Shown piece after piece: positions 5,640 through 17,900 of a stretch of DNA of 37,755 nucleotides. Both the position numbers and the translations under genes were made by a program. How positions within the stretch are numbered: position 1 is the first letter of the stretch; every line of letters begins with the position of its first letter. Source of the stretch: a virus (taxonomy: Duplodnaviria > Caudoviricetes); IMG/VR virus record IMGVR_UViG_3300030330_003397, positions 1-37,755 of that record; one strand, given 5' to 3'. The notes beneath the pieces are model-generated. The model was not told the DNA's origin. It saw nothing but the letters and a program-made list of their open reading frames with translations, and ran no database searches.

Positions 5640-5788
5640 TGGCAATGCGTTCTAAAGTCGGTGTCGTCAAAGACGGGTTTATGCCCGGAAAACCGAAGAA
5701 GTCTCGTCAAGGATCGGGAAAAAACACGAAGTACGCCGCTACTTCTCGTAATAACAAGAAGAAAGCATATCGCGGTCAAGGACGATAA
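5639..5788 (+). CDS. Small very basic protein (49 aa, ends KKAYRGQGR); not in ORF track
   Basis: Hand translation; GGAG upstream; KSRQG and YRGQG motifs recalled from marine phage basic peptides. Confidence 0.75.
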   Translation: MAMRSKVGVVKDGFMPGKPKKSRQGSGKNTKYAATSRNNKKKAYRGQGR

Positions 5789-5815
5789 TACATAGTATAG
5801 ATTTGTAAAGACTAC

Positions 5816-6496
5816 ATGGCTTGCTTGATTGCTAATCTTCCTTCTCAGGAAGTATGGGTCCGTAAAGAATATCTGACGGATCATCAATCTGGACACGGTG
5901 AGTTTGTAAAAGGCGTTTGGGTATCGGTTAAATCCATACCTGGACGCGCTTTTTATTTTGAAACTTACTTACCAGAATATGCGGCAATGTATGATAAATT
6001 GCCAATTAGTGCGTTTGTCTCTGATCCAGAAACTCCTACACCTGATATGGACCTCCCCAACCTACAGTTTTGGAACTGTATGGACTATGGTGTCGTCAGT
6101 GTAGACAAGAAGTTCATTGGTTCAATGGATTATGAGTGTTATACCCGTGATCACGGTATTGTAAAAGGGACTTATGTCTGTACGATTGACAACTATCATC
6201 ATGACCCGGACTACGTAGACTGGGCAACGAGTGAAAATCCTGCCGAACACAAGTCTCATAACCTAATTGAACTTGAAAATGGACAGTATGCACTCTATCC
6301 AAACAATAGATTACGTATCTTTGATAATAGTCTGACTCCTGTAGAACCAAAAATGCCTGATTTTAAGGTTTCTACTCAGTATTATCAAGTTGAAAATGGT
6401 TACAAGCGTCTCGGTATGGGTCGTGAAGATGAATACTTCTGGAAAACGGCAGACGAACGCGAAAATAAATACACTGAATCACCCAACGAGGACTAA
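5816..6496 (+). CDS. Conserved marine-phage hypothetical protein (226 aa)
   Basis: Long ORF with VRKEYL, LQFWNC, EHK, YPNNR motifs. Confidence 0.8.
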   Translation: MACLIANLPSQEVWVRKEYLTDHQSGHGEFVKGVWVSVKSIPGRAFYFETYLPEYAAMYDKLPISAFVSDPETPTPDMDLPNLQFWNCMDYGVVSVDKKFIGSMDYECYTRDHGIVKGTYVCTIDNYHHDPDYVDWATSENPAEHKSHNLIELENGQYALYPNNRLRIFDNSLTPVEPKMPDFKVSTQYYQVENGYKRLGMGREDEYFWKTADERENKYTESPNED

Positions 6497-6748
6497 ATGG
6501 GGAATTCACCCGTTGATAGGGACAAAAACCACATGTATAAAATGTGGGGAACAACAAACTTAATTACGGATTACTGGTCAATGCCTAATAATTACATGCA
6601 CGAATACTGGTCCAAGCCACATAAAACCGAAGATCCAGAGGAAAGAGTGATCCAAGAAGTTTATGGTGACCCTGCTGCCATAAATAAAGTCAAGAAAACT
6701 ACTGATCAATGGCAATTTCACGGGAATCAAGAGCATTTAGAGACATAA
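6497..6748 (+). CDS. Hypothetical protein (83 aa)
   Basis: GAGGA RBS, abuts previous stop, late promoter motif at 6464-6471. Confidence 0.65.
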   Translation: MGNSPVDRDKNHMYKMWGTTNLITDYWSMPNNYMHEYWSKPHKTEDPEERVIQEVYGDPAAINKVKKTTDQWQFHGNQEHLET

Positions 6749-7110
6749 GTCTGTCTTTTGACCCACATCCTGTGACAAAAGACTTGCCAATTTTGAAGAA
6801 CGCAAGAGCAATCACGCGATCTGTTCAAAATTTAGTGCAGACGATCCCAACAGAAAGGTTTTTTCAACCTCTTTTAGGGTCTGATGTACGGGCAAGTCTT
6901 TTTGATTTTGTTGATTTTGCCACTGCAAGCGTAATTGAAGAGCAAATCATCACCACAATTGATAATTTTGAACCTAGAGTTGCAAATGTGCAGGTTGATG
7001 TAGATCCTCAACCAGATAATAACACATTTAATGTTACTATCTTTTATGATATTGTTGGTCAGGACTTTCCTACTCAAGAATTTTCATTTTTGCTAGAGGC
7101 AACAAGGTAA
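6709..7110 (+). CDS. gp25: Baseplate wedge subunit, T4 gp25-like
   Basis: DISLSF..HPVTKD, ERFFQPLLGS, IDNFEPRV motifs; directly upstream of gp6. Confidence 0.92.
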   Translation: MAISRESRAFRDISLSFDPHPVTKDLPILKNARAITRSVQNLVQTIPTERFFQPLLGSDVRASLFDFVDFATASVIEEQIITTIDNFEPRVANVQVDVDPQPDNNTFNVTIFYDIVGQDFPTQEFSFLLEATR

Positions 7111-7111
7111 T

Positions 7112-8992
7112 ATGCCTTTTACTAAATTTACAAATCTAGATTTTGACCAAATTAGGTCCCAAATCAAAGACTATCTCCGTGCAAACTCTACGTTTACGGA
7201 CTTTGATTTTGAGGGATCTAATTTTTCTGTCTTAATTGACACGTTAGCGTATAATACTTACATTACTGCCTATAACTCAAACATGATTGTGAACGAATCC
7301 TTCTTGGATTCGGCAACTTTGAGGGAAAATGTTGTTTCTTTGGCAAGAAATATTGGTTATGTACCTCGCTCCAGAAGCGCCGCTAAGGCGCGTGTTAATC
7401 TGACGGTACAAACCACAAGCACATCACCTACAATGACCTTAGAGGCGGGTCTGGTGTGCGTAGGAAGCGTTAATGAGAGTCAATTTGTCTTCTCAGTTCC
7501 AGAAGATGTCACCACTACTATCAATTCTGGAACTGCTAAGTTTAAGGACCTTGATGTTTGCCAAGGAACTTACTTAAAAAAACAATTTGTCGTTGATGGA
7601 TCGTTAGATCAACGCTTTATTTTACAAAATCCCTTCATTGATACCTCCACAATCGTTGTAAAAGTCAAGGGAGCATCTGATTCTGGTGAAGGAAGAGAAT
7701 ATGAGATTGCCCAGAACATTTTAAACCTGAATAAGAACTCTGAAATCTATCTTTTACAAGAAGTTCAAGATGAAAGGTATGAACTTCTCTTCGGTGACGG
7801 ATATTTTGGTAAAAAATTAGAAAATGGAGCGATAATTACCGTTTCTTACATCACTACAGATGGTATTGATGGAAATGGAGCGAAAAATTTCGCATATTCT
7901 GGAAGAGTTACTGATAATCTTGGAAATGTGATTGTTCCAAGTAGTGATGTCACGATTTCAACCACTTCAAAGGCACAAAATGGTGGAGAAATTGAAAGTA
8001 TTGACTCAATTAAGTATTTTGCACCAAGAATTTACTCTTCACAGTACCGTGCAGTCACTGCTCGTGACTATGAGGCGATAATTCAGTCAATTTACCCCAA
8101 TACTGAGTCTGTTTCTGTTGTTGGTGGCGAAGAATTGGACCCACCTGAGTTTGGAAACGTAATTATTAGCATCAAACCCAAAAATGGTGACTTTGTTTCG
8201 GATTTTGACAAAGAATCCATCGCTACAAAACTCAAAAATTACTCTTTATCGGGTATAAACCAAAAAATTGTTGATCTTAAGGTACTTTTTGTTGAAATTG
8301 ACTCTGCAGTCTACTATAACAACGCAAAAGTATCAAATGTCAACGATTTGAAGTCAAAAGTTTCGTCAACACTGAATACTTTTGCCACAGCAAATATTAA
8401 TCAGTTTGGTGGACGCTTCAAATACAGTAAATTGTGTCAAACCATTGATAGTACTGATAGTGCTATTACTTCTAACATCACAAGAGTTAGAATTAGAAGA
8501 AATTTGAAAACATTGATCAATACTTCTGCACAGTATGAACTTTGCTATGGAAATAAGTTCCGTATGGATAAAAATGGATTTAACATCAAGAGTACAGGAT
8601 TTGGACTCTCTGGAAGAAGTGGAACATTCTATTTTACTGATACTCCAGGAGAAAATGATAAAGGAGTTATTTCTGTAGTTAAAGAAAGGAATGATGAAGG
8701 TGAATATGAGGTTGTAATCAAGTCAGCAGGAACAGTTGATTATGTGAAGGGTGAGATATTACTGAGTACGATCACATTCTCCTCTACAGTTAAAGAAAAT
8801 AATATTGTTGAGATTCAGGCAGTCCCCGATTCAAACGATGTTATAGGTTTGAAAGACCTTTATCTATCTTTCTCGGTTGCTGATAGTGAGATAAATATGA
8901 TTAAAGATACTATTACATCTGGCGAACAGATCTCTGGCGTCGGTTATAAAGTTACTTCAAGTTATCTAAACGGAGAACTTAAGAGAGGATAA
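7112..8992 (+). CDS. gp6: Baseplate wedge subunit, T4 gp6-like
   Basis: LDFDQI..FTDFDFEGS, ESFLDSATLRENVVSLARNIGY, RAVTARDYE; 626 aa. Confidence 0.95.
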   Translation: MPFTKFTNLDFDQIRSQIKDYLRANSTFTDFDFEGSNFSVLIDTLAYNTYITAYNSNMIVNESFLDSATLRENVVSLARNIGYVPRSRSAAKARVNLTVQTTSTSPTMTLEAGLVCVGSVNESQFVFSVPEDVTTTINSGTAKFKDLDVCQGTYLKKQFVVDGSLDQRFILQNPFIDTSTIVVKVKGASDSGEGREYEIAQNILNLNKNSEIYLLQEVQDERYELLFGDGYFGKKLENGAIITVSYITTDGIDGNGAKNFAYSGRVTDNLGNVIVPSSDVTISTTSKAQNGGEIESIDSIKYFAPRIYSSQYRAVTARDYEAIIQSIYPNTESVSVVGGEELDPPEFGNVIISIKPKNGDFVSDFDKESIATKLKNYSLSGINQKIVDLKVLFVEIDSAVYYNNAKVSNVNDLKSKVSSTLNTFATANINQFGGRFKYSKLCQTIDSTDSAITSNITRVRIRRNLKTLINTSAQYELCYGNKFRMDKNGFNIKSTGFGLSGRSGTFYFTDTPGENDKGVISVVKERNDEGEYEVVIKSAGTVDYVKGEILLSTITFSSTVKENNIVEIQAVPDSNDVIGLKDLYLSFSVADSEINMIKDTITSGEQISGVGYKVTSSYLNGELKRG

Positions 8993-8994
8993 GA

Positions 8995-11900
8995 ATGATA
9001 CAAACAGGCTTTGAAAGAAGGGTAAAAGTTCAACAAGTAATTGAAAGTCAGTTACCCGAATTTCTTAGATCCGAAAGTCCAAAATCTATTGACTTTCTGA
9101 AGCAATATTATATTTCTCAAGAACATCAGGGCGGTGCTACTGATATTGTTGAGAACTTAGACCAGTATCTCAAATTTGACAACCTTACACCAGAGGTTGT
9201 CACTGGATACACCAGTTTGACTGCTGGAATTTCCTCTACTGCCGATACAGTTCAGGTTTCTACAACGAAAGGATTTCCTGATGAGTATGGTCTGTTTAAG
9301 ATCGGTGATGAAATTATAACATATACTGGAAAAACTGCAACCTCTTTTACAGGATGTATTAGAGGTTTTAGTGGTATTTCTTCTTATCGTTCTTCTCTTG
9401 ATCCAGAAGAATTAGTATTCAGCGACACCTCTGAGCAGGTTCATGCCAATGGTTCTATGGTACAGAACCTTAGTGCTCTTTTTCTTAAGGAGTTTTATAG
9501 AAAGTTAAAGTATTCTTTTGCTCCTGGTCTTGAAGATGTTGATTTTGTAGATGATTTAGATGTCAATAACTTTGTCAAAGAGATAAGAAGTTTATATGAA
9601 TCAAAAGGAACAGAGGATTCCTTCAAGATTCTCTTTAAAGTTCTTTATGGTGTTGATCCAAAGGTAATTGATTTAGAGGATTATCTGGTAAAACCATCAA
9701 CAGCAAAGTTTAGAAGAAGAGAAGAGGTTGTTGTTGAGAGAGTTTCTGGTGATCCAAACAAGTTAGTTGGGCAAACAATCAGAAAATCTACTGATAGTGC
9801 AACTCAAGCTTCAGTATCAGAAGTAGAAATTTTCACACGTTCTGGAATCAGTACATACTATAAACTCGGATTGTTTGTAGGTTTTGATGATAGAGATCTC
9901 ATTGAGGGAACATTTAAAGTACAACCTGCTACCAGAGTAGCAAACACAGTCAGTGTTGGTGCTTCTGTAGTAACTGTTGATTCTACAGTCGGGTTTGCTC
10001 AAACTGGAAAGATTATTTCTGGAAGAAACACAATTAAATATACAGATAAAACTGTAAACCAGTTTCTCGGATGTAGTGGTATTGGCACTGCAATTTCTCC
10101 ATCAACCGAACTTAGAACTGATGAAGTCTACATTGGTTATGAAGATGGTGATATTTCCAAGAAAGTAGAAGTTCGTATTGGTGGTGTTCTTTCTAAATTT
10201 AAAGCGACGAATGATATCTTATTGTCTAACGAAGGACAAAAGATATTCGTTAAAAATATTGGTGAAAGAATCAAAAATCCAGAACTCAATAAAACCGATA
10301 AGCAAATATTTGCTAATAGTTGGATTTACAACACAAGTTGTAGATTTGATGTAGAGAGCATCAATGGTGCCACAGTTCAATTAAAGAGTGAAATTGATGA
10401 ATCTAGCCTTAAAGTCGGAGATACTGTAGACATTCTAAGTGGGTCTACAGAAACTGTTCTTCATGCCAATGCTACAGTTGCTACTGTTAGTACTGCAAAC
10501 AAGCAAATCACACTTGACAATCTTGTAGGATTTACTGCCAATTCTACAACAATCTATACGATTAGGAGAAAACTTGAAACCGCCACCAGTAGTGGTACTC
10601 CATTGTTTTATGGTGATGATACCGTCACCACTGATGTTCAGAATGTATATACAGATGATACTCATGCATACGTTGCTTCAAACTCCTTACCTTCATATGA
10701 CATTAGTGAGACTGCTCTGAGTGCAACTCTTGCGTCTGCTGCTGGCAGTGCTCTTCAAGGATTTAGTGCGTCAACACAAAAATACAGCATTATCTCTTTT
10801 GCATCACCAGTTCCCTTCGTAACTGGTGATGAAGTCTTCTATAAAGCATCCTCAGACACGCTTGTAGGACTCTCTGAGGGCGTTTACTTCGTTAAGGTGC
10901 TGTCCGCATCCAATCAAATTAAACTCTTTGCTTCTAGGTCTTTAATTGAGGGAGGATCTTCTTTAGAGTTTACGTCTGCTGGAGCAGGCACACACAAATT
11001 TGTTCTTGCAAGTCAAAAGAGTGAGGCAATTTATCCTCAACAATTATTGAAAAAATTCCCAATCGTTAGAAATATCAAGGACGGTAAAGGAACATCAACT
11101 ATTCCTGGATCTACAGGAATGTTAGTTAATGGCACTGAAGTTGTAAACTATAAGTCAAATGATAAGATTTACTTTGGTCCAATTAAAAATGTAAGACTTT
11201 ACAATGGTGGTAAAAATTACGATGTAATCAATCCACCAACCATTGAAATCGGTTCTCCTGGAGCTGCCTATACCACTGCTCTTGTAAGACCTGTAGTTCG
11301 TGGTAGTGTAACTGAAGTACAAATTGATCCACAAGATTTTGATTTGGTAGATGTTACTTCTATCACTATTGATGGTGGCAATGGATCTGGTGCAGTTCTG
11401 CAACCAATTTTAGAAACCAGGTATCGTGAGATTGAGTTTGATGCTCGTTCAACTTCTGGTGGAGGTAGTGTTAATAATAGTGATGATACTATTACTTTTG
11501 ATAAACCACACAATCTGAGAAGTGGTGATGCTATTGTCTATAGCAGAAATGGTAATAATGCGATTGGTATTGGAACCTTTGGTGGTTCAAACACTCACCA
11601 AGACAAAGCGTTGGCGAGTGGGTCTGTATACTTTGCTCAAGTTGTCAATACAACAACAATTAAGTTGTATGAAACCTTTGAGAATTACTCAAGTGGTATT
11701 AGCACAGTAGGATTCACCACGTTTTCTCAAGGCATTCATAAATTTAGATTATTTGATGGTAAGAAAAATATTAGTGCAATTAAAGTTACCAACCCTGGAA
11801 ATGGGTATGAGAACAGACAACTAAAAGTCAAGTCTGAAAATATTTCCTCTGTTAGTGATTCAATCACTTTTAATAATCATGGATTCTCAGATGGAGATAA

Positions 11901-14900
11901 AATTCTTTACACAACAGACAATACTGCCGTAACTGGATTAAACACCAACGTTCAATATCAAATATTGAAGATTGACGATCACTCTTTCAGACTTGCGAAC
12001 GCTGGAGTTGGTGGAACAAATACAACTGACTACACTAAGAGACGGCATGTTAATATTACTGGTGTAGGAACTGGAATTCAAAACTTTGCTTATCCTCCAG
12101 TAACAATTACAGTTAATGCAGAGTTTGATGGTGTATCTGGAGTTATTACAGCAACTCCATCGGTAAGAGGTGAGATTGTTGATCTTTACCTTTATGAGAC
12201 TGGAACAGGTTATGGATCAACAATCCTGAACTTCCACAAAAAACCAGACATCAAGATTAAAAATGGTAAGGATGCGGAGTTAAAACCACTAATCTCTGGT
12301 GGAAAAGTTATTTCTGTACAAGTCACTAATTCTGGTAGTGAATACTCATCTGCACCAGATCTCAAAGTTGAGGGTGAGGGTGTTGGAGCAAAACTTAGAG
12401 CGATTGTTAGTGGCGGAAAAATTACCAATGTTGTAGTTCTTTCTGGTGGTGTAGGTTACACCCAAAATACTACTTCAGTAGTCGTAACTTCTGCTGGTTC
12501 TAACGGTGTTGTTGATGTTGAAGTCAGAGATTTGGTCTGCAACACTCACACCAGATTTGGTGATGAAATTTTAGTTGAAACTGAAGAAAAACTTGGATAT
12601 GGGTTAGTAGGATACTCTACTGCTATTGGAGCAGATACTTTTGGTGATGTGGGTGGTACACACTCTCCAATTATAGGTTGGGCATATGATGGTAACCCCA
12701 TATATGGTGGTTATGCTTACAATAATCCATCAGATATAAATTCCGGCATAAAAATTCTAACAAGCAGTTACGAATTGGCAACTGCAGAAGTTTCTGATAG
12801 ACCTTCTGGATTTGTTGCTGGATTCTTTGTAGAAGATTACAAGTTTACAGGATCTGGCGATCTTGATGAGCATAATGGAAGATATGCTAAAACTCCAGAA
12901 TATCCTAATGGAGTTTACGCTTATCATGCAACAATAACCAGTGATGGTAAAAATAGTAAGTTCCCATTCTTTATTGGTGAAAGTTATTCTTCCGTTCCAG
13001 TAACTCAGAATATTAATCAAACGTTTGATTTCAATTCTTCAGACTTACGAAGAAATACTCTTCCTTATGTTGCAGGTGATAAATTTGCTACTAATGATTT
13101 TGTTTCCGAACCAAATGAAATTCTAGTTCAAAGTGCTGTAATTGATTCCATCACTAGAGGGTCTGTAGATGGATTCAAGATTAATAATTCTGGTACAGAT
13201 TACAGAGTTGGAGAAACTGTAACGTTTGATAATGATGGAACTAATGGTGGTGGACTTTCTGCATATGTTGGTAGAGTCTCTGGTAAATCTATTGTAGACG
13301 TAACCACCACGATTCAGAGTCATCAAAATGCAGTTCTTGTTTGGGAAAAGAGTGGTGCAGTATCTGTTAATGTAGATCCATCTCATGGATACTTCGACAA
13401 TGATCAAATTGCAGTTTCTGGATTATCTACATTCATTTCTGGTCTTACGAAATCTCATAAAATTGGAGTTTCGTCAGAAAGAACTCGCCTTTCTGTTCAA
13501 GTCGCTGCCAACTCCACAGTTGGTTTTGTTACGGATATATTTGTCAACAGAGTTGTTGATTCTATCTCTGTAGGAAGCACTCTAGGCATCGGCACAGAGA
13601 CTTTATCCGTTTTGGGAACATATCCAGACAAGAAAGTAGTTAGGGTCTTGAGGGGGATTGTAGGTGCCGCACACACGGCAAATACTGATGTATTTGTATC
13701 TCCAAGCAAATTCACTTTGCCCGTAAATGTTTCCTACTTTGATTCTGCCGTAAATGACAAGGTATTCTTTAATAGTATTCAATCTGTAGGTATTGGAACT
13801 ACTGTTGGATCTTCATCATCCAAGGGATATTTTACTGGAAGTCGCCAATATTCAATTTCAGTACCAACTCAGGGAATTTATTTACCTAACCATCCCTTCA
13901 AGACAGGTGAGCAAGTTACATTTGAAAGACTTGCTGGTTCACAAGGATTTACCGTTTCTAATACTAACACTAGCGCAACTTATAGTATTCCACAAAGTGG
14001 AAATACTGAAACCTTATTTGTAGTTAAAAAGACTAATGATGTAATTGGTCTTTGCACTCAAGTTGGTCTTACCACCAATACTGAAGGTTTGTTCTTCAGA
14101 AACATAACGTCCAATGCTGACAGTAGAGATTACAGATATTCTTTAACTTCAAATAAAACTCAAGTAACTGCTAAAGTAGAAAAAATTAGAGCAAAAGTTG
14201 CTGTTTCTACAGCACATGGTCTGAACAACGGAGATACTGTAAATCTAAGCGTTAATTCTGAGCAATCAGTTGGTATTGGTACATCAGTTTCCGTATACCT
14301 TAAGTATAACTCTGCAAATGATAAGTTACTTGTCAATCCAATCGGGTTTACTTCAACTGCGGTAAACACCTCTTCAAACAGATTGACACTCACTGAGCAC
14401 GGTCTCAAAACAGGTGATAAGGTATTTTATGATTCCGATCTTATTATATCCGGTCTTTCTACTGGATCTTACTTTGTTTACAGAATTGATGACAATACCA
14501 TCAATCTTGCAAACACAAGGTTTGATGCAGTTTCTAACCCACCAACCGTGGTTAGTTTTGGATCTACTGGTGGTTCCAGTCAAGAATTGTCTCCGATCAA
14601 CCCAAGATTGAATGTTGTTAGAGATAACAACTTAGTATTCAATGTAAATGATTCCTCGTTGAGTGGTTATAACTTTAGACTTTACTATGATCGCGATTTC
14701 AAGAATGAATTAGTTTCTATTGGATCTTCTACAACCTTCAGCACAGTAGGTGTAGGAACTGTTGGTATTGCCAATACTGTTACTGCATCCACAGTCACTC
14801 TTAACTTTAATAAGAACCTTCCATCTAAAGTTTACTATCAATTAGATAAGGCAGGATACATTAGTACTGCTGATACTGAGGTAACAAACTATTCTGAAAT

Positions 14901-17900
14901 TAATTTTATTGATAGCACTTATTCTGGAACTTACAGTGTTACCGGAGTTGGTGAAACTGTATTTACTGTTTCCCTTAAGAGTGTTCCAGAAGATCTTGAC
15001 TATAATCAATCATCCACAAGTGTTCTTAAATATTCTACTTCTTCACCAAGAGCTCTTGGTGGTGTTGATAAATTGGAAATCACTTTTGGTGGAGCAAGTT
15101 ATAAGAGACTACCTAAGTTTGTAAGTATTGCGTCTACAGCAGGCATCAATGCTGATGTAATTCCCACTTCCACGACTCTTGGTAGAATTAATCAAGTCAC
15201 CATACAAGATGCAGGATTTGATTTTTCTGCAGATAGAACGCTCAGTCCAGAAGTTTACATCTCACCAAATATTACGGTTGTTAATAGAAATACCATTTCT
15301 GGCATAACAATAACATCTGGTGGTTCTGGATTCACGTCTCCTCCAGATCTTGTTCTTGTCAACCCCGATACAGGATCTGCTTATGACAATGGAACTCTTA
15401 TTGCTAAGATGCAGGGTTCATCTATTAATAAGATTGAAATACTTGATGTTCCTAAGGGTCTTTCTGATACGGAATCTAAAGTATTCTCTGTAAACAACAG
15501 TAACGGTGTTGGTGTTAATAGTGTTTTCTCATCACCTGCTGGTGTCGTGACTTGTGTTCTGGCAACTCCAACTCTTGGATTTACAACTGCCACGGCACCA
15601 TTTGCTGTAAATGACTTTGTATATGCCGAGAATATTTCTTTAGCATCTACCACAGGTACAGGATTCAACTCCCAAGATTATTCTTACAACTTTTTTAAAG
15701 TAACTGCATACAGAAATACCAATCCTGCAGAGGTTGAATTTGATATTTCTCCTTATGCAACTAACGCTGGTGTTGCTCAAACTGATGGTCAAAGCACTTT
15801 TGCGACCCTTGTTAACAAAAACAACTATCCTACATTTACTGTTGTACAAACTCCATTAGAGTTTATTGTTGGGGAATCCCTCTTTATAAAGTCTGGAAAC
15901 ACTTATACTGAAGTAGATCTGGTAGTTACTAATAATCTTAATGATGCGATTAAAGTTTATGGAACTTATGAGTTATCTGAAGATGATGTGATTGTCGGAA
16001 AAAATTCTGGCACGATAGCAACTATCAACAAAATTGATGAAAATACTGGCATTTTTGAAGTTGATTACTCTCTTGAAACGGATTATGGTTGGTCAAATGA
16101 CACAGGCAAGTTGAATGAGGATTATCAAGTTATTCCCGACAATGATTACTATCAAAACCTGTCTTATAGTATTAAGAGTCCAATAGAATTTGAGGATTGG
16201 GTGAATCCTGTTAATAGAATTCTCCACTCTTCTGGATTGAAAAACTTTGCTGATACTGGAATTACAACGGAGGGAACAGTCTCTGCAGCAACAAGCACCT
16301 CTGCAAATAGCAGTGCTTTGATTGACATCATCAATCTAAATGCAAACGGAACCACAATGAGAGTTGATGCTGTCAACTTCTTTGATTTTGGTATTGATAT
16401 TGATGCGTCAAACAACAAGTCCAAGTTCATCAAGTTCCAGAATAAGAGACTTGCCGATTATATTGAATGTAAGACCAATAGAGTTCTGACGATTGATAAC
16501 TTCAATAATCAGTTCTCCAATCAAGAGAATGCTAATACAACCCTGTATCGTGATATTGATAAGTTTATTGCCAATGATGGATACAGTAGATATTTGGTTC
16601 AAATGATCAAACCAAATAGCAAAGATCTTCAAGCAACTGAACTGATTGTTGTTAATACAAAGAATGATGATTTAATTACTGTTGAGAGAGCATCTATTCA
16701 CAACACGAAAGATGACCTTGCTGACATTCAGGCATTTAAGGATGCTTTTGATAATGTTTCACTGAGACTTACACCTGACGATCCTTTCAATGATGATTTG
16801 GATGTCAAGTTTATAAAGAACAACTTTAACACAACCCTTGCCGGTGTTGGTACACAATCAATCGGATTTGTTAATCTGATCGGAAACAATGTTTCCGTTG
16901 GAGTTGGTTCTACAGGATTAGTTTTTGAAGGTTCTTCAAGTGGCACCGAATCAATATTTGCAAATATTGAACTTATTGATACGGTTACTAAGGACAAGAC
17001 TATTGTTGATATGTTTGTTGATCACGATGGAACTGATACTTACAGATCAGACTTCTTCTTTGATAATAGCACTTTAGGATATTCTCCAAAGTTTATAGGA
17101 ACTTTCACCAGCAACATTGCATCTGGTGTCCTTAAGTTAAATTTTGAGAATACCGAGTCCAATAACGTTCTTGTTCGCTCCAGGATTGTCGGGTTTAATA
17201 CAGTCGGTGCTGGTATTGGTACACATATTTTCAAAGCTAGTGGTCAATCAGATAGTTCCGTTAGAGAAGGTCGCCTTGAAACGAAATTCTCTACATTCTC
17301 GGGGACTGGAATTTCTACAGTATTAACCTATGACAAGGCAGATGTAACAACAGTTAAATCTACTGCAAAAGTATCTTACGGCAATACATCTGCACTGCAT
17401 CAGGTCTTATTCAATCATAATGACACAAATGCTTTCACGGTACAATATCCACATTTGTCAATCGGCAGCACCATGGGTATTGGTACGTTTGGAGCTGATA
17501 TTAGCGGTAGTAACTTTGTTCTGATATTCCACCCAGATGCCAACATTAGCGATGACATCACCGTTCAAATTTACAGTGAAATTATTCAAACAGAAAAAGA
17601 TTTGAACAATGTTCCTGCAACATTGACTTATGGATCTGCAAATGAACAACTGAAAACCTCCCAGTTTGACTCTATCAATGGCGATAGAACTAATAAAGTT
17701 GATTTTGATGTTAAACATAATAGTATTCCAATATTTGAAAAGCAATTCAATCCTGGAATTTCCACCGTAGTCAATCTGGGAACAGGTGTATTCACAATTG
17801 CGGATCACTTCTTTAGTGACCGTGAAAAACTAACATATACACCAAGATCCACTTTTATTGGTGGTGCTCATACCTCTATGGTTATGTCTAATGGAAGTGT

